Source of the DNA: Bacteroidota bacterium
Lineage (GTDB): Bacteria; Bacteroidota; Bacteroidia; Flavobacteriales_D; Sanyastnellaceae
Reading direction: 5' to 3'
Assembly: GCA_039805165.1 (NCBI GenBank)
Contig: JBDLUS010000191.1
Coordinates: 1,500-65,499, forward strand
Length of the DNA stretch: 64,000 nucleotides
The notes beneath the pieces were generated by a model. That model saw nothing but the letters and a program-made list of their open reading frames with translations. It did no database searches and was not told the DNA's origin. Positions within the stretch are counted from its first letter, which is position 1, and each line of letters starts with the position of its first letter. The position numbers and the translations under genes are program-made. Below are positions 1 to 9,597 of the stretch, one piece after another.

Positions 1-279
1 CGTGCAATTGTAACTCTTGAATTTTTGAATGAGCCAATTTCCGCATGCTGCATGATTTGCATTGCCGGGAACACGTGGACCAAATTCAACTTGTTTTTGA
101 ATGAAGGCATAACAACTATCGGTCATGAAATCTGCAGGTTCCAAAACGGCGCCACTTTCAGTTGTGTTGTTTTCAGCGCTCTTTGTTTTCTTGAAATATT
201 TCTCCAATGTCACGAACAGGAAGCTGCCCACAAACAAAACAATGAGTACAATGGCAATGATCTTTTTATTATTTCTCAT
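1..279 (-). CDS. M28-family peptidase / glutaminyl-cyclase-like protein, N-terminal 93 codons only (continues beyond window start)
   Basis: Absent from the ORF track because there is no stop in the window. My minus-strand translation from the ATG at 279 reads MRNNKKIIAIVLIVLFVGSFLF (signal anchor), then DSCYAFIQKQVEFGPRVPGNANHAACGNWLIQKF. As I recall, this resembles the N-terminus of Bacteroidota M28/glutaminyl cyclases. The ATG overlaps the cysS stop by 11 nt. Confidence 0.5.
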   Translation of the reverse strand, partial: MRNNKKIIAIVLIVLFVGSFLFVTLEKYFKKTKSAENNTTESGAVLEPADFMTDSCYAFIQKQVEFGPRVPGNANHAACGNWLIQKFKSYNCT

Positions 280-1735
280 GGGTCCAGGTTGTTCCTTCTT
301 TTGAATCTTGAAGTTGAATGTTTATGGCTTTTAATTCGTCGCGAATTAAATCAGATGTTGCGAAATCTTTCTTTCCTTTTGCTTCAGCCCGCAAGCGAAT
401 AATTACTTGCATAAGGTCATTCGAGATATCATTTGAAGCACCGCTTACTTCAACTTGTAAACCAAGTACTTCAAACACGAATCCTTTTACCAACTTTTGC
501 AAGCGGTCAATATCTGTTTGCGAAAGTTGAATTTTATTATCTAAGCACGAGTTAATCACCTTTACAGCTTCGAATAAATGCGAGATAAGAATAGGAGTGT
601 TGAAGTCATCGCTCATGGCTTCGAAACAATTCTTTTCCAACGAGGCAATATCATAGTTACTCGAATCGCTTGCAATTAACGTATCTACTTTTTCAACGGC
701 GATCACTAATCTTTCAAATCCTTTTTCTGCCGCCTTCAATGCCTCATTACTGAAATCTAATGTGCTTCTGTAATGTGCTTGCTGCATGAAGAAGCGCACC
801 ACCATCGGAGAAAATCCTTTTTCTAAAAGCGTATGCGTTCCAGAAAATAATTCATGTGGAAGGAAGGAGTTGCCCAACGACTTCGACATCTTTTGTCCGT
901 TTACAGTAAGCATGTTTGCATGCATCCAATAACGAACGGGTGCCTTCCCGCAGCAGGCAGAATTTTGTGCAACTTCAGATTCGTGGTGCGGGAATTTCAA
1001 ATCCATTCCACCACCGTGAATGTCGAATTCTTCGCCCAAGTATTTCGTGCTCATAGCAGAACACTCCAAGTGCCATCCCGGAAATCCTTCACCCCAAGGT
1101 GAAGACCAACGCATGATGTGTTCGGGTGAAGCCGCTTTCCATAAAGCGAAATCGGCGAAGAAACGCTTCTCTTCTTGTCCGTCTAATTCACGCGTGTTTT
1201 CAAGTAATTCATCAACGTTCCTTCCGCTTAATTCACCGTAAGGAAAAACGTCTTTGTATTTTTTTACATCGAAGTAAACACTTCCATTTACTTCGTATGC
1301 GTATCCATTTTTAATGATCTCTTCAATCATGGCAATCTGTTCCATGATGTGTCCAGTAGCGCTTGGTTCAATGCTCGGTGGATGGTTATTGAATGCGCGC
1401 ATCATGTCGTGGAAATACGTGGTGTATTTCTGCACAATTTCCATTGGTTCAACTTGTTCCAATTTCGCTTGCGCACCAATACGATCCACTCCTTCATCGA
1501 ACTCGGTGGTAATGTGTCCAACGTCTGTTATGTTTCTTACATAACGAACTTTGTATCCAAGAAAAGTGAGGTAGCGATAAACGGTGTCGAAAGTAACGAA
1601 CGTTCTACAATTTCCCAAGTGAGCAAAATTGTAAACAGTAGGACCGCACACATACATTCCAACGAATTGTTTGTGAAGGGGAGTGAACTTTTCTTTCGTT
1701 CGTGTAAGACTATTGTAAATGAACAAATCAACCAT
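269..1735 (-). CDS. cysS: cysteine--tRNA ligase
   Basis: ORF 269..1756. Class I aaRS motifs HLGNCRTF (HIGH type) and KMSKSLGN are present. The CysS-like N-terminus begins at the internal Met (MVDLFIYNSLTRTKEKF), so I place the start at 1735; 1756 remains possible. Confidence 0.93.
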   Translation of the reverse strand: MVDLFIYNSLTRTKEKFTPLHKQFVGMYVCGPTVYNFAHLGNCRTFVTFDTVYRYLTFLGYKVRYVRNITDVGHITTEFDEGVDRIGAQAKLEQVEPMEIVQKYTTYFHDMMRAFNNHPPSIEPSATGHIMEQIAMIEEIIKNGYAYEVNGSVYFDVKKYKDVFPYGELSGRNVDELLENTRELDGQEEKRFFADFALWKAASPEHIMRWSSPWGEGFPGWHLECSAMSTKYLGEEFDIHGGGMDLKFPHHESEVAQNSACCGKAPVRYWMHANMLTVNGQKMSKSLGNSFLPHELFSGTHTLLEKGFSPMVVRFFMQQAHYRSTLDFSNEALKAAEKGFERLVIAVEKVDTLIASDSSNYDIASLEKNCFEAMSDDFNTPILISHLFEAVKVINSCLDNKIQLSQTDIDRLQKLVKGFVFEVLGLQVEVSGASNDISNDLMQVIIRLRAEAKGKKDFATSDLIRDELKAINIQLQDSKEGTTWTHEK

Positions 1736-1757
1736 AGTGCAAAGAAACGAAGACAAA

Positions 1758-1787
1758 TAAAAAAAGCCTCATTCATTGAGGCTTTTT
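1758..1787 (-). terminator. rho-independent terminator after the threonine-dehydrogenase-like gene
   Basis: Stem AGCCTCA (1765-1771) pairs with TGAGGCT (1777-1783) around a 5-nt loop. The stem is extendable by A:T pairs and is followed by a 7-T run on the minus strand. Confidence 0.7.
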
Positions 1788-1806
1788 ATGAGGCTATTGC
1801 TTTCGA

Positions 1807-2760
1807 TTAAGAAACTTTTTTCGCTATTTCTTCCAACATGGTTGAAACCAAGCGTGGCATCGGATATTCAATCTCCCAACCCCAATCGTTCTTCGCTGAA
1901 GAATCGTCAATACTGTTCGGCCAAGAATCTGCTAATCCTTGACGGAAGTCTGGGGCATAGCTAATTTCAAATCCGGGCAAATGCTTTGCAATTTCTTCAG
2001 CCAATTGTTTTGGTGTGAAGCTTATTCCCGCCAGGTTATATGAGCTGCGAATTTTAACTTTTTCGGCATCGGATTCCATCAATTGAATGGTAGCGCGAAT
2101 GGCGTCTTCCATCATCATCATGGGTAGTTCTGTATTTTCCGAAAGGAATGAAGTGTATTTGTTTTCCTTCAACGCAGAATAAAAAATATCTACAGCGTAG
2201 TCTGTTGTTCCTCCGCCCGGAGCAGAGCGGTGTCCAATAAGACCAGGGTAACGCAGACTTCTAACATCTACGCCGTACTTCATGAAATAATATTCGCACC
2301 ATCTTTCTCCCGCCAATTTTGAAATTCCATAAACAGATGTCGGTTCCATTATTGTGGTTTGTGCGGTTTGATCGGCCGGAGTAGTTGGTCCGAATGCTGC
2401 AATGGAACTTGGCCAAAACAAGCGGAACTTAAATTCTTTCGCAAGTTCAAGAATATTAAGAAGTCCTTCCATGTTTAGCTTCCAAGCATACATCGGATTT
2501 TTTTCTCCAGTTGCACTCAACAGGGCTGCAAGCTGATAAACCTCTGTAACGGCATTCTCTTGCACGCAAGCGCGCAAGGCGTCGGCATCTAATACATTCA
2601 ATTGAACGTAAGGTCCATCTTCAGAAGAAACACTTTCAGCAGGCTGAATGTCGGCGCCAATCACATTGTTTTGTCCCAACTTCGAACGAAGGGCCATCAC
2701 AAGCTCAATGCCTATTTGTCCTCTGCAACCGATAACCAATGCTTTTCTATTCGTGCTCAT
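1807..2760 (-). CDS. NAD-dependent epimerase/dehydratase-fold L-threonine 3-dehydrogenase (SDR type)
   Basis: 317 aa. It has a Rossmann motif GCRGQIG and a YGISK (YxxxK) motif. The strings FWPSSIAAFGP, PGGGTTDYAVDIFY, KIRSSYNLAGISF and PDFRQGLADSWP match my recollection of flavobacterial SDR-type threonine dehydrogenases. Confidence 0.7.
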   Translation of the reverse strand: MSTNRKALVIGCRGQIGIELVMALRSKLGQNNVIGADIQPAESVSSEDGPYVQLNVLDADALRACVQENAVTEVYQLAALLSATGEKNPMYAWKLNMEGLLNILELAKEFKFRLFWPSSIAAFGPTTPADQTAQTTIMEPTSVYGISKLAGERWCEYYFMKYGVDVRSLRYPGLIGHRSAPGGGTTDYAVDIFYSALKENKYTSFLSENTELPMMMMEDAIRATIQLMESDAEKVKIRSSYNLAGISFTPKQLAEEIAKHLPGFEISYAPDFRQGLADSWPNSIDDSSAKNDWGWEIEYPMPRLVSTMLEEIAKKVS

Positions 2761-2798
2761 ATTTAAAAAATGTTTTCAAAAATAGGTATTTTCGCGCC

Positions 2799-3995
2799 AT
2801 GGCAATTCCTCAAATTGAAATAGAAGATTTCAATTATTCACTTCCCGAAGAACGCATTCGTGTCATTCCATTGGAAGACCGAGCTGCTGCTAAATTGTTG
2901 GTCTATGAAAACGGAGAAATAACGGACACCGTTTTTTCGAATTTACCCAACATTTTTCAGCAAGGAGATTTGCTCGTATTCAACAATTCGAAAGTCATTC
3001 CGGCACGCATTATTTTTCAAAAAGAGTCGGGTGCCTTCATAGAAATCATGTGCCTCGCACCCTTCGGAACCTCCTACACAGAAGCCTTTTCGGCACATGA
3101 TAGCGTTTCTTTCACCGCATACATCGGAAATTCAAAACGATGGAAAGAAGGAAAATTAGAATTGAAAATCAATTGGAACAATTCCACCCAAAGCGTCTTC
3201 ATCGAAAGAAAGGGAATTGAGAAAGATGCCTTCATCGTAGAATTCACCTGGAACTTCAACGCCGTATTCTCTGAAGTCATTGAGGCTATCGGACAAGTCC
3301 CGCTGCCACCGTACTTCCAACGCAAGCCAGTGGCCAACGATGTTGGCAGATATCAAACCGTCTTCGCGAAAACCGAGGGCTCCGTTGCCGCACCCACCGC
3401 CGGTCTGCATTACACCGAAGGTGTCCTGTCAGCCTTGAAAGAAAACGGCGTGAGTCAAGCGCAAGTGTGTCTGCACGTAGGAGCAGGTACCTTCAAACCC
3501 GTCAGCTCAGATCGCATTGAAGACCATGAGATGCATGCCGAGTTTTTGGAGGTCACCAAAGCATGCATTCATTCTATTCTAAATTGCAAAGGAAGAGTCA
3601 TTGCCGCAGGTACCACTTCCATGAGAACCCTAGAGAGTTTGTACTGGCTGGGTGTTCGTGTTCTAGAGGGCAAAGATGCGCATGTGGTCGATCAGTGGGA
3701 ACCTTACTTCTCTGGCTCAACTTATTCCAAAGAGGAGGCCTTAACGGCGCTCTTGGATTATTTAGATTTAACCAACAGAGATTCTATTTGTGCTTCTTCG
3801 AGCATTTGCATTGCGCCCGGATATTCATTCAAGATTTGCTCGGGTCTGCAAACAAATTACCATCAGCCTAAAAGCACGTTGTTACTGCTCATTGCAGCAA
3901 CAGTGGGTGAAGAGTGGAAGCGCATATACAGCCACGCATTGGAACAAGATTACATGTTCTTGAGTTACGGTGATACGATGCTACTCTGGTTCTAG
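2799..3995 (+). CDS. queA: tRNA preQ1(34) S-adenosylmethionine ribosyltransferase-isomerase
   Basis: ORF 2739..3995. QueA strings are present: FNYSLPEERI, LLVFNNSKVIPARI, APTAGLHYT, VGAGTFKPV, TTSMRTLES, NYHQPKSTLLLLI. I place the start at the ATG at 2799 (MAIPQIEIEDF), because the upstream extension overlaps the divergent gene. Confidence 0.9.
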   Translation: MAIPQIEIEDFNYSLPEERIRVIPLEDRAAAKLLVYENGEITDTVFSNLPNIFQQGDLLVFNNSKVIPARIIFQKESGAFIEIMCLAPFGTSYTEAFSAHDSVSFTAYIGNSKRWKEGKLELKINWNNSTQSVFIERKGIEKDAFIVEFTWNFNAVFSEVIEAIGQVPLPPYFQRKPVANDVGRYQTVFAKTEGSVAAPTAGLHYTEGVLSALKENGVSQAQVCLHVGAGTFKPVSSDRIEDHEMHAEFLEVTKACIHSILNCKGRVIAAGTTSMRTLESLYWLGVRVLEGKDAHVVDQWEPYFSGSTYSKEEALTALLDYLDLTNRDSICASSSICIAPGYSFKICSGLQTNYHQPKSTLLLLIAATVGEEWKRIYSHALEQDYMFLSYGDTMLLWF

Positions 3996-4001
3996 AAAAT
4001 G

Positions 4002-4026
4002 AAAAAGGATGCCGAAGCATCCTTTT
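4002..4026. terminator. bidirectional terminator between convergent queA and the PpiD-like gene
   Basis: Stem GGATGC (4007-4012) pairs with GCATCC (4017-4022) around loop CGAA. An A5 run lies upstream and a T4 run downstream, so a U-tract is available on both strands. Confidence 0.65.
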
Positions 4027-4047
4027 CAATTATCGCGATTTTAAAAA

Positions 4048-6123
4048 TCAATCTTCTGGGAAGAAACGGTAGTCTTCAATTTCTGCTGCTTCACGCAGTG
4101 AATTAAACAACGACGCTGGAGCACTCGCTTTTTGTCCACGCATTTTATCTTTTCTGAAAGAAACGTAGTTGTCAGGGCTTTCAACACGCGTTACATCTGC
4201 AGCACGTTGAATCACATAAACACCACCTTTTCCTTTGATAGGAGCAGAGATGTTACCTGTTGGCAAACCGAAGGCAGCACCAATTGCAGCACTTTCCGTT
4301 TCTTGAACACCGCTTGCTGGAATGTTACGCATAGCCATTGAAAGCGATTCGAAAGTCATTACTTGACCTGAAACCTTACTAGCGATTTCTTCCATTGAAC
4401 TGCCAGTCATCATAGCCATGTACTTTTCAGCTTTCTTGTCTTTAATAACCTCTTGCTTCACACGGTCATAAACGTTGCGCAATGAAGGAACTCCTTTTTC
4501 TTTGACTTCCATCAAGCAAACCACAACGATTCCATCATCAACAGAGATCGGCTGCGAAATAGCTCCTTCTTCTGTTTCAGGGTTGTAAGTCCAACCGATA
4601 ATCTCAGATGCATTCTGAACACCGCTAATCGCAGTTGCTTCAGGACGAACATTCGGAGAATAAGTTAATCCACCATAGCTTTCCACAGCACCTGCACGGA
4701 AGCTTGCGCTGTCGCCGTGAGTTTGAATGAAGTCGATAGCTTTTTGGTAAGTCTCTTTCTTAGTTGCAGCACTTGGTGCAATTGGTCTCTCAACTTGAGC
4801 GTAGTAAGTAACTGCTTTAGGAGCTCCTTTCTTTGTCACTTCAATCAAGTGAGTTCCGAATTGCGTTTCTACAATTTGCAAATCACCAACTTTTCCGTTG
4901 AAACAAGCAGCGTCGAATTCAGCAACCATAGCGCCTCTTCCGAACATTCCAAGATCTCCACCTTTAACAGCTGAACCTGGGTCAGTGCTGTATTTAGTAG
5001 CCATTTCAGCAAAGTTCTTCTTCGATTGAATCACTTTCTTCAAAGAATCTGCTTTTGCTTTTCCAGCAGCACCTTTCTCTTTGAAAAGAATGTGACGTGC
5101 TTGAACAGAATCAATCTCAGTTCCGCGTGAAGTCAATTTAACTACACGAGCAATACCACCAGAAACGAATGGACCCATAACACGTCCAATGCTATCTGAA
5201 GCTACTTGTGAATTTAATGGTTCTGGGAAACTTCCAAATGCATATTTTACTTTTCCGTTTGCAGGATTACCTGAATTCAAAATAGCAAATGTTGAATCTT
5301 CTTTTGAAGTCTTGTTCGCTTTGAACGAAGCAGCAATTGTTTGAAGGCTCTCAAGTGTAGCAGCGCTATCAGCAGCGCTAGTCAACAAAGGAATACGAAC
5401 GTATGCAACGGTGCGGCTTCTTTCTTGTTTGAAATCGCGATCGTTCTTGTGCTCGTTGTAATAGTTTTCAATGTCTTCATTCGAGAATGAAATTTCACTC
5501 TCCATAATTTGAGCGTATGGCTTCACAACGTAAACGATAGAAGCTTTGTCGTTCGACTGGTGGAATAAACTCTTTGCATCCAATGAGTTTACATATGCAC
5601 CTGCACCAACTAACGCGTCATACTTTTCTTTCAAGCGCTTTTCAACAACCAATCTTCTGTATCCAGTGAATAGGTTAGGCTTTTCAGTTTCCATTTTCTT
5701 GAAACTTTCACGCATCTGCTCTTTGAATGGCAAAGAGTCTTGTCCTTGGTAGAACGTGCTTTTTACGTAAGAGCTCAGGAAGTTACCGAAAAGAATCTCG
5801 TCTAACTCTTCGTCAGTAACCATTAAGCCAAGGCTTTGGTATTCTGGTTGAAGAAGTGTGTTCTCGATTAAGTTGTTCCAAACATCATTTTCCAAACCGT
5901 GAGCTTGGCTGTTGTTGTAACTGAACAACTCCGATTGCTCTTGCAGCATAGCTCTCCATTGGTCTTGCTTAATGCTTTCGCCATTAATAACACCAACTTT
6001 GTCTGATGGGCCGCCGAACATTGCCATTACAGCATCATACGGAATTAAGAAGCCGACAATACCAATGCCGACTAGGGCTAGTACTAGCCATCCTTGTTTA
6101 CGAAGGGTTGAAATCATTGCCAT
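4048..6123 (-). CDS. periplasmic peptidyl-prolyl cis-trans isomerase, PpiD/SurA-like (parvulin domain)
   Basis: 691 aa with an N-terminal membrane anchor (GWLVLALVGIGIVGFLIPY). The parvulin core reads ARHILF...TKYSTDPGSAVKGGDLGMFGRGAMVAEFD...FGTHLIEV. Confidence 0.8.
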   Translation of the reverse strand: MAMISTLRKQGWLVLALVGIGIVGFLIPYDAVMAMFGGPSDKVGVINGESIKQDQWRAMLQEQSELFSYNNSQAHGLENDVWNNLIENTLLQPEYQSLGLMVTDEELDEILFGNFLSSYVKSTFYQGQDSLPFKEQMRESFKKMETEKPNLFTGYRRLVVEKRLKEKYDALVGAGAYVNSLDAKSLFHQSNDKASIVYVVKPYAQIMESEISFSNEDIENYYNEHKNDRDFKQERSRTVAYVRIPLLTSAADSAATLESLQTIAASFKANKTSKEDSTFAILNSGNPANGKVKYAFGSFPEPLNSQVASDSIGRVMGPFVSGGIARVVKLTSRGTEIDSVQARHILFKEKGAAGKAKADSLKKVIQSKKNFAEMATKYSTDPGSAVKGGDLGMFGRGAMVAEFDAACFNGKVGDLQIVETQFGTHLIEVTKKGAPKAVTYYAQVERPIAPSAATKKETYQKAIDFIQTHGDSASFRAGAVESYGGLTYSPNVRPEATAISGVQNASEIIGWTYNPETEEGAISQPISVDDGIVVVCLMEVKEKGVPSLRNVYDRVKQEVIKDKKAEKYMAMMTGSSMEEIASKVSGQVMTFESLSMAMRNIPASGVQETESAAIGAAFGLPTGNISAPIKGKGGVYVIQRAADVTRVESPDNYVSFRKDKMRGQKASAPASLFNSLREAAEIEDYRFFPED

Positions 6124-6198
6124 AGTTATGGACTATAAAAATTAGGAGTGCGAATATCGGAAATTTGCTCGAAAATTCCTTGTTTTTTTTTGAAGAGG

Positions 6199-7503
6199 CT
6201 AGCTATTTGTCGATTCTTCAATGTTTTGAAGCTGAACGAGCTTAATCTGACGCTCATTAACGGCCAAAATCGTGAATCTAAAGCGGTCAATTACGAATTC
6301 CTGATCTACTTCCGGAAAGTCTTGGAGAAAGTTCAGAATGAGACCGCCAAGGGTGTCATATTCCTCTTCGTTTTCCGGTAGTTCCAATTTGTATTTCTCG
6401 TTAATGTAATGCACGTCAAGTCTTCCAGAGAATTCGTAAATCCCTTTCTTCAATTCTCGTTCAACATTGTCAATGGTGTCGTGCTCGTCTTCAATCTCAC
6501 CGAAGATTTCTTCGATAATATCTTCAAAGGTGATAAGTCCACTTGTTCCGCCGAATTCATCTACAACCGCGGCAACACTTTTTTTCTGACTGCGGAAGAT
6601 TTTCAAGATCTCGTTCGCGGCCATGGGCTCGGGCACAATAGCAATCGGACGAAGAATTTCTTTGATTTCTTTCGGGTTTTTGAAAAAGTCACTGAAGTGA
6701 ACATAGCCAATTAATTGGTCAATGTTTTCGCGGTAAACAATGATTTTGGAAAGTTTCGTTTCAATGAAAAGATCTTTCGCTTTGGTAATACTCTCGGCAA
6801 TGTCAATAGCCACAATCTCATTACGAGGAAGCATGCAATCGCGTGCCTTCAACAAAGAAAAATCAAGTGCGTTTTGAAAAAATTGAATTTCAAGATCAAG
6901 CTCATTCTGCTGTGAATTCGCGCCTGTAAATCCTTCCAAATAGTGATTCAAATCTGTTCTTCCAAAAACAATGTCTTGCTCTTTCGGAGAGTTTCTAAAG
7001 AGCATGGAAATAATCCACTCGCTCACCTTGGTTACGCTATAGGCGAAAACAAAAAGTATAGCGTACCAGATTGCAATGAGGGGTGAAAGTCGAAGAAGCC
7101 ATTTGTTAGGTTGCGCAGACAGTAAAGCTTTCGGAATGAATTCACCGAAGATCAATACAACCAATGTTGAAATAATGGTTTGCAAAATCAGCACACCATA
7201 AGAACCAACCACTTCATCCAATGATGGAAATGACGATTCGAGCATAGTGGTTAGCACATCGCCGAAAACAATTCCATAGATAACCAATGAAATATTGTTT
7301 CCAACGAGCAACATTGCAAGGAAAAGTTTCGGTTTTCCAACAAGCGAGGAAAGAATGGATGCTCCGAAGACACCTTGCTTTTTGTCCAATTCAATTTTTA
7401 GTTTGTTGGAAGTAAGGAAGGCGATCTCAACTCCTGAATAGAAGGCGCAACCGACAAGGGTGCCAAGAATAATGAATATCTGAGAAACTTCGATATTACC
7501 CAT
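6199..7503 (-). CDS. CNNM/hemolysin-family membrane protein (DUF21 - CBS pair - CorC_HlyC)
   Basis: 434 aa. It has an N-terminal multi-TM DUF21-like region, a CBS region (PRNEIVAIDI...IVYRENIDQLIGYVH) and a C-terminal transporter-associated domain (VDEFGGTSGLITFEDIIEEIFGEIEDEHD). Confidence 0.85.
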   Translation of the reverse strand: MGNIEVSQIFIILGTLVGCAFYSGVEIAFLTSNKLKIELDKKQGVFGASILSSLVGKPKLFLAMLLVGNNISLVIYGIVFGDVLTTMLESSFPSLDEVVGSYGVLILQTIISTLVVLIFGEFIPKALLSAQPNKWLLRLSPLIAIWYAILFVFAYSVTKVSEWIISMLFRNSPKEQDIVFGRTDLNHYLEGFTGANSQQNELDLEIQFFQNALDFSLLKARDCMLPRNEIVAIDIAESITKAKDLFIETKLSKIIVYRENIDQLIGYVHFSDFFKNPKEIKEILRPIAIVPEPMAANEILKIFRSQKKSVAAVVDEFGGTSGLITFEDIIEEIFGEIEDEHDTIDNVERELKKGIYEFSGRLDVHYINEKYKLELPENEEEYDTLGGLILNFLQDFPEVDQEFVIDRFRFTILAVNERQIKLVQLQNIEESTNS

Positions 7504-7699
7504 TGTTCTTTTTCATGTTATTCATTCTTCGATACATACCAAAACGGAACAAGAACCACATAAGCGCAATTCCAGGAATAAATAAATTTTCAGCGCCTTT
7601 GTCCCAACCTTCAGCAGAAATCATGTACAGCGCATAGCCAAACGATGCAACCACCACTATGGCCCAAAGGATAAGCACGATTTTATTTAAGTTATTCAT
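7496..7699 (-). CDS. small two-TM membrane protein (67 aa), hypothetical
   Basis: This is the internal Met of ORF 7496..7783: MNNLNKIVLILWAIVVVASFGYALYMISAEGWDKGAENLFIPGIALMWFLFRFGMYRRMNNMKKNNG. It fills an otherwise 188-nt gap. It overlaps the upstream stop (ATGAATAA) and the downstream start (ATGGGTAA) by 8 nt each. Confidence 0.45.
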   Translation of the reverse strand: MNNLNKIVLILWAIVVVASFGYALYMISAEGWDKGAENLFIPGIALMWFLFRFGMYRRMNNMKKNNG

Positions 7700-8243
7700 T
7701 GTTTGTCGTGTTAAAATTACCTGAAGTCTGATTGATTTCATAGTTGGAAAAGTTGCCGTTGCTGCGCAAACCTTTTCCTTCAAGCATGCTGTTTTCAGAA
7801 CTTATCTTCACAAAATCGGGCGTGTAGACCAAATCAGAATCGAGGTAAAATGTGAGTGAGTTCGTTTCGAGTTTTTCTTTTTTCCAATTCTCTAAAACCA
7901 AATCGCCTTTGGTCCAAAGCGTGTTGCTCTTCTGCGAGAAAATGGCTTCGTTTCCTTTCATAGTTCCTGTGTATTGCCCTAACGAGTCGAAGAATTCAAT
8001 ATGAAACGTTTTCGGAGCAATTAAATACGAACTGTCGCTGACATACTGATCCATTTGTAGCGCGTAAATTTTAGTACGAACAACCCCGTCGATAGAATAA
8101 CTAAACACAGAGTTGAAGGTGCTTTGAACAGGGACAAGCTTAGGGTCAGTAATGGCTTTGATTTCTGAAATTTCATTTTGACATCCGATCAAAATGAACA
8201 CTGCTGCAATGGCAGCGAATATTTTTCGAGCGGGATCAATCAT
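7692..8243 (-). CDS. lptC: LptC-like lipoprotein (LPS export periplasmic component candidate)
   Basis: 183 aa with a lipoprotein signal (AAVFILIGC). Its size and predicted beta-rich composition fit LptC. So does its position between an outer-membrane protein and the CNNM gene downstream of coaX, an arrangement I recall as conserved in Bacteroidota. The assignment rests on context, not on motifs. Confidence 0.45.
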   Translation of the reverse strand: MIDPARKIFAAIAAVFILIGCQNEISEIKAITDPKLVPVQSTFNSVFSYSIDGVVRTKIYALQMDQYVSDSSYLIAPKTFHIEFFDSLGQYTGTMKGNEAIFSQKSNTLWTKGDLVLENWKKEKLETNSLTFYLDSDLVYTPDFVKISSENSMLEGKGLRSNGNFSNYEINQTSGNFNTTNNE

Positions 8244-9597
8244 ACTTTCTCTGAACGAACCAACGCTCGAACGGATGAAGTTTAAATCCTACGAGGAAGG
8301 AAGCGTAGTTTTCTTTTGTTGCCGTCTCTATTGCGTTACCGTATGTGCCGAATTCAGCAGAGAGGCAAATTGTACTTGTAGTTTTCGAAGATCGCATAGG
8401 CATTTGCAATCCACAAGTAAATGCTTCTTGAATAATGTTGTTTCCATTCAAGCCAACATAAGTTTCAGAAGACTTCATACCTAAGCGATACGTACATGCC
8501 CCGAAGTAATTGTTTTCACCACCGTTCGCATTGGGTATGTATTCCAAACCTAATCCAAAGCTCGTTGAATTGTGGAAACTCTGATTTGAAACTTGAATCA
8601 GGGAGTTTAAATTTTCAATTGACTTCCAGTCTTGCTGACGGTAAGATGCACTCAATGATAGTGTTCCTGATTTTTTGAATTCATGCGAAACCGCGGCGCC
8701 AATTTGTATTTTTTGTGGAAGGGTAAAGGACAAGTTCGTATAAGTCGTATCCAAGACAGTAAGCACAGCTAATTCGATTCCTGAAACGGTGCGGGTAGAC
8801 TGACGAATGTCTTGCACGTCTGGATTTATGTTGTTCTCTAACTCGTATGTTCCTGCAAGGTGGAACCAAGTGGAACGCGAAACTTTTCCGGCTGATTTTC
8901 TTTGGTGAATAGGAAAAGAGTAGTGAGCACCGAAAGTGAAATTCGCGTCAGAAAATGTTTTGCGATTAGTAATCTTACTGTTGTAAATTGAAGTATTGTC
9001 GAAGACAATTCGATCAACTTGAAGAATAGAACCAAATCTAAAATTTAAGTTGCTACCAATCGAAAGCGTATGTGTTCGTGAATGGGTGCTATCTGAATAA
9101 AGAATGAACGTTCTTGCCAGACCCAATTGAACCTTATTCACACCACCTTCACCGGTGTAACTGTTTTTAGCACTTACACTATCATTAACAACATTTGCAC
9201 TCGAGAATTGATAACCAACAATGCTTTCTGGAGTAATACCCATTGCAAAGCCCCATTTGCTTCCTGTGCGTTTGAAACCGAAGGCTACCTCACCAATCTG
9301 ACCGCCCAAGTAATTTGTTTCTCCTGAATTTGAAAGTAATTGAGAGCTTTTTGCAAAAACGCTTCCTTGAAATGTAGTTTCAGAAAATAAAGCGAACGAA
9401 GCCGGATTAGATAAATTCACTCCAGATAGATCAGGAAGAGCAATGGATGCATTACCCATTGCGCTGTAGCGCGGATTAAATCCAATTTCGGTTAAACCAA
9501 TTCCAAATCTTGAGTAGGGCGAATTCACAGGAATTTGAGCTTGCATGCGCGTGCAAATTGCCGAAATCAAAACAAGAAAAATATATTTAAGATTCAT
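8236..9597 (-). CDS. outer-membrane beta-barrel protein, uncharacterised
   Basis: ORF 8236..9624. The start is probably the Met at 9597 (MNLKYIFLVLISAICTRMQAQ signal peptide). The sequence shows an alternating beta-strand pattern rich in G/S/N/Y/F. It overlaps the coaX stop by 11 nt and the lptC-like start by 8 nt. Confidence 0.55.
   Translation of the reverse strand: MNLKYIFLVLISAICTRMQAQIPVNSPYSRFGIGLTEIGFNPRYSAMGNASIALPDLSGVNLSNPASFALFSETTFQGSVFAKSSQLLSNSGETNYLGGQIGEVAFGFKRTGSKWGFAMGITPESIVGYQFSSANVVNDSVSAKNSYTGEGGVNKVQLGLARTFILYSDSTHSRTHTLSIGSNLNFRFGSILQVDRIVFDNTSIYNSKITNRKTFSDANFTFGAHYSFPIHQRKSAGKVSRSTWFHLAGTYELENNINPDVQDIRQSTRTVSGIELAVLTVLDTTYTNLSFTLPQKIQIGAAVSHEFKKSGTLSLSASYRQQDWKSIENLNSLIQVSNQSFHNSTSFGLGLEYIPNANGGENNYFGACTYRLGMKSSETYVGLNGNNIIQEAFTCGLQMPMRSSKTTSTICLSAEFGTYGNAIETATKENYASFLVGFKLHPFERWFVQRKYD

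Noticed and set aside
25-402. 125-aa plus-strand ORF at the left edge
   Set aside because: It is entirely overlapped on the opposite strand by the cysS 3' end and the M28/glutaminyl-cyclase-like 5' end, both of which show recognisable protein motifs. Its own translation is low-complexity and Cys/Phe rich.
1349-1810. 153-aa plus-strand ORF antisense to cysS (and other short antisense ORFs in 318-1544)
   Set aside because: This is the shadow frame of a confidently identified aaRS gene, and it has no motif support.
6199-7503. Calling the CNNM/CorC-like gene gldE
   Set aside because: As I recall, GldE in Flavobacterium johnsoniae lies immediately upstream of gldD. Here the downstream gene is a PpiD-like isomerase and the upstream genes are lptC-like and a small ORF. 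The gldE label is therefore not supported by context.
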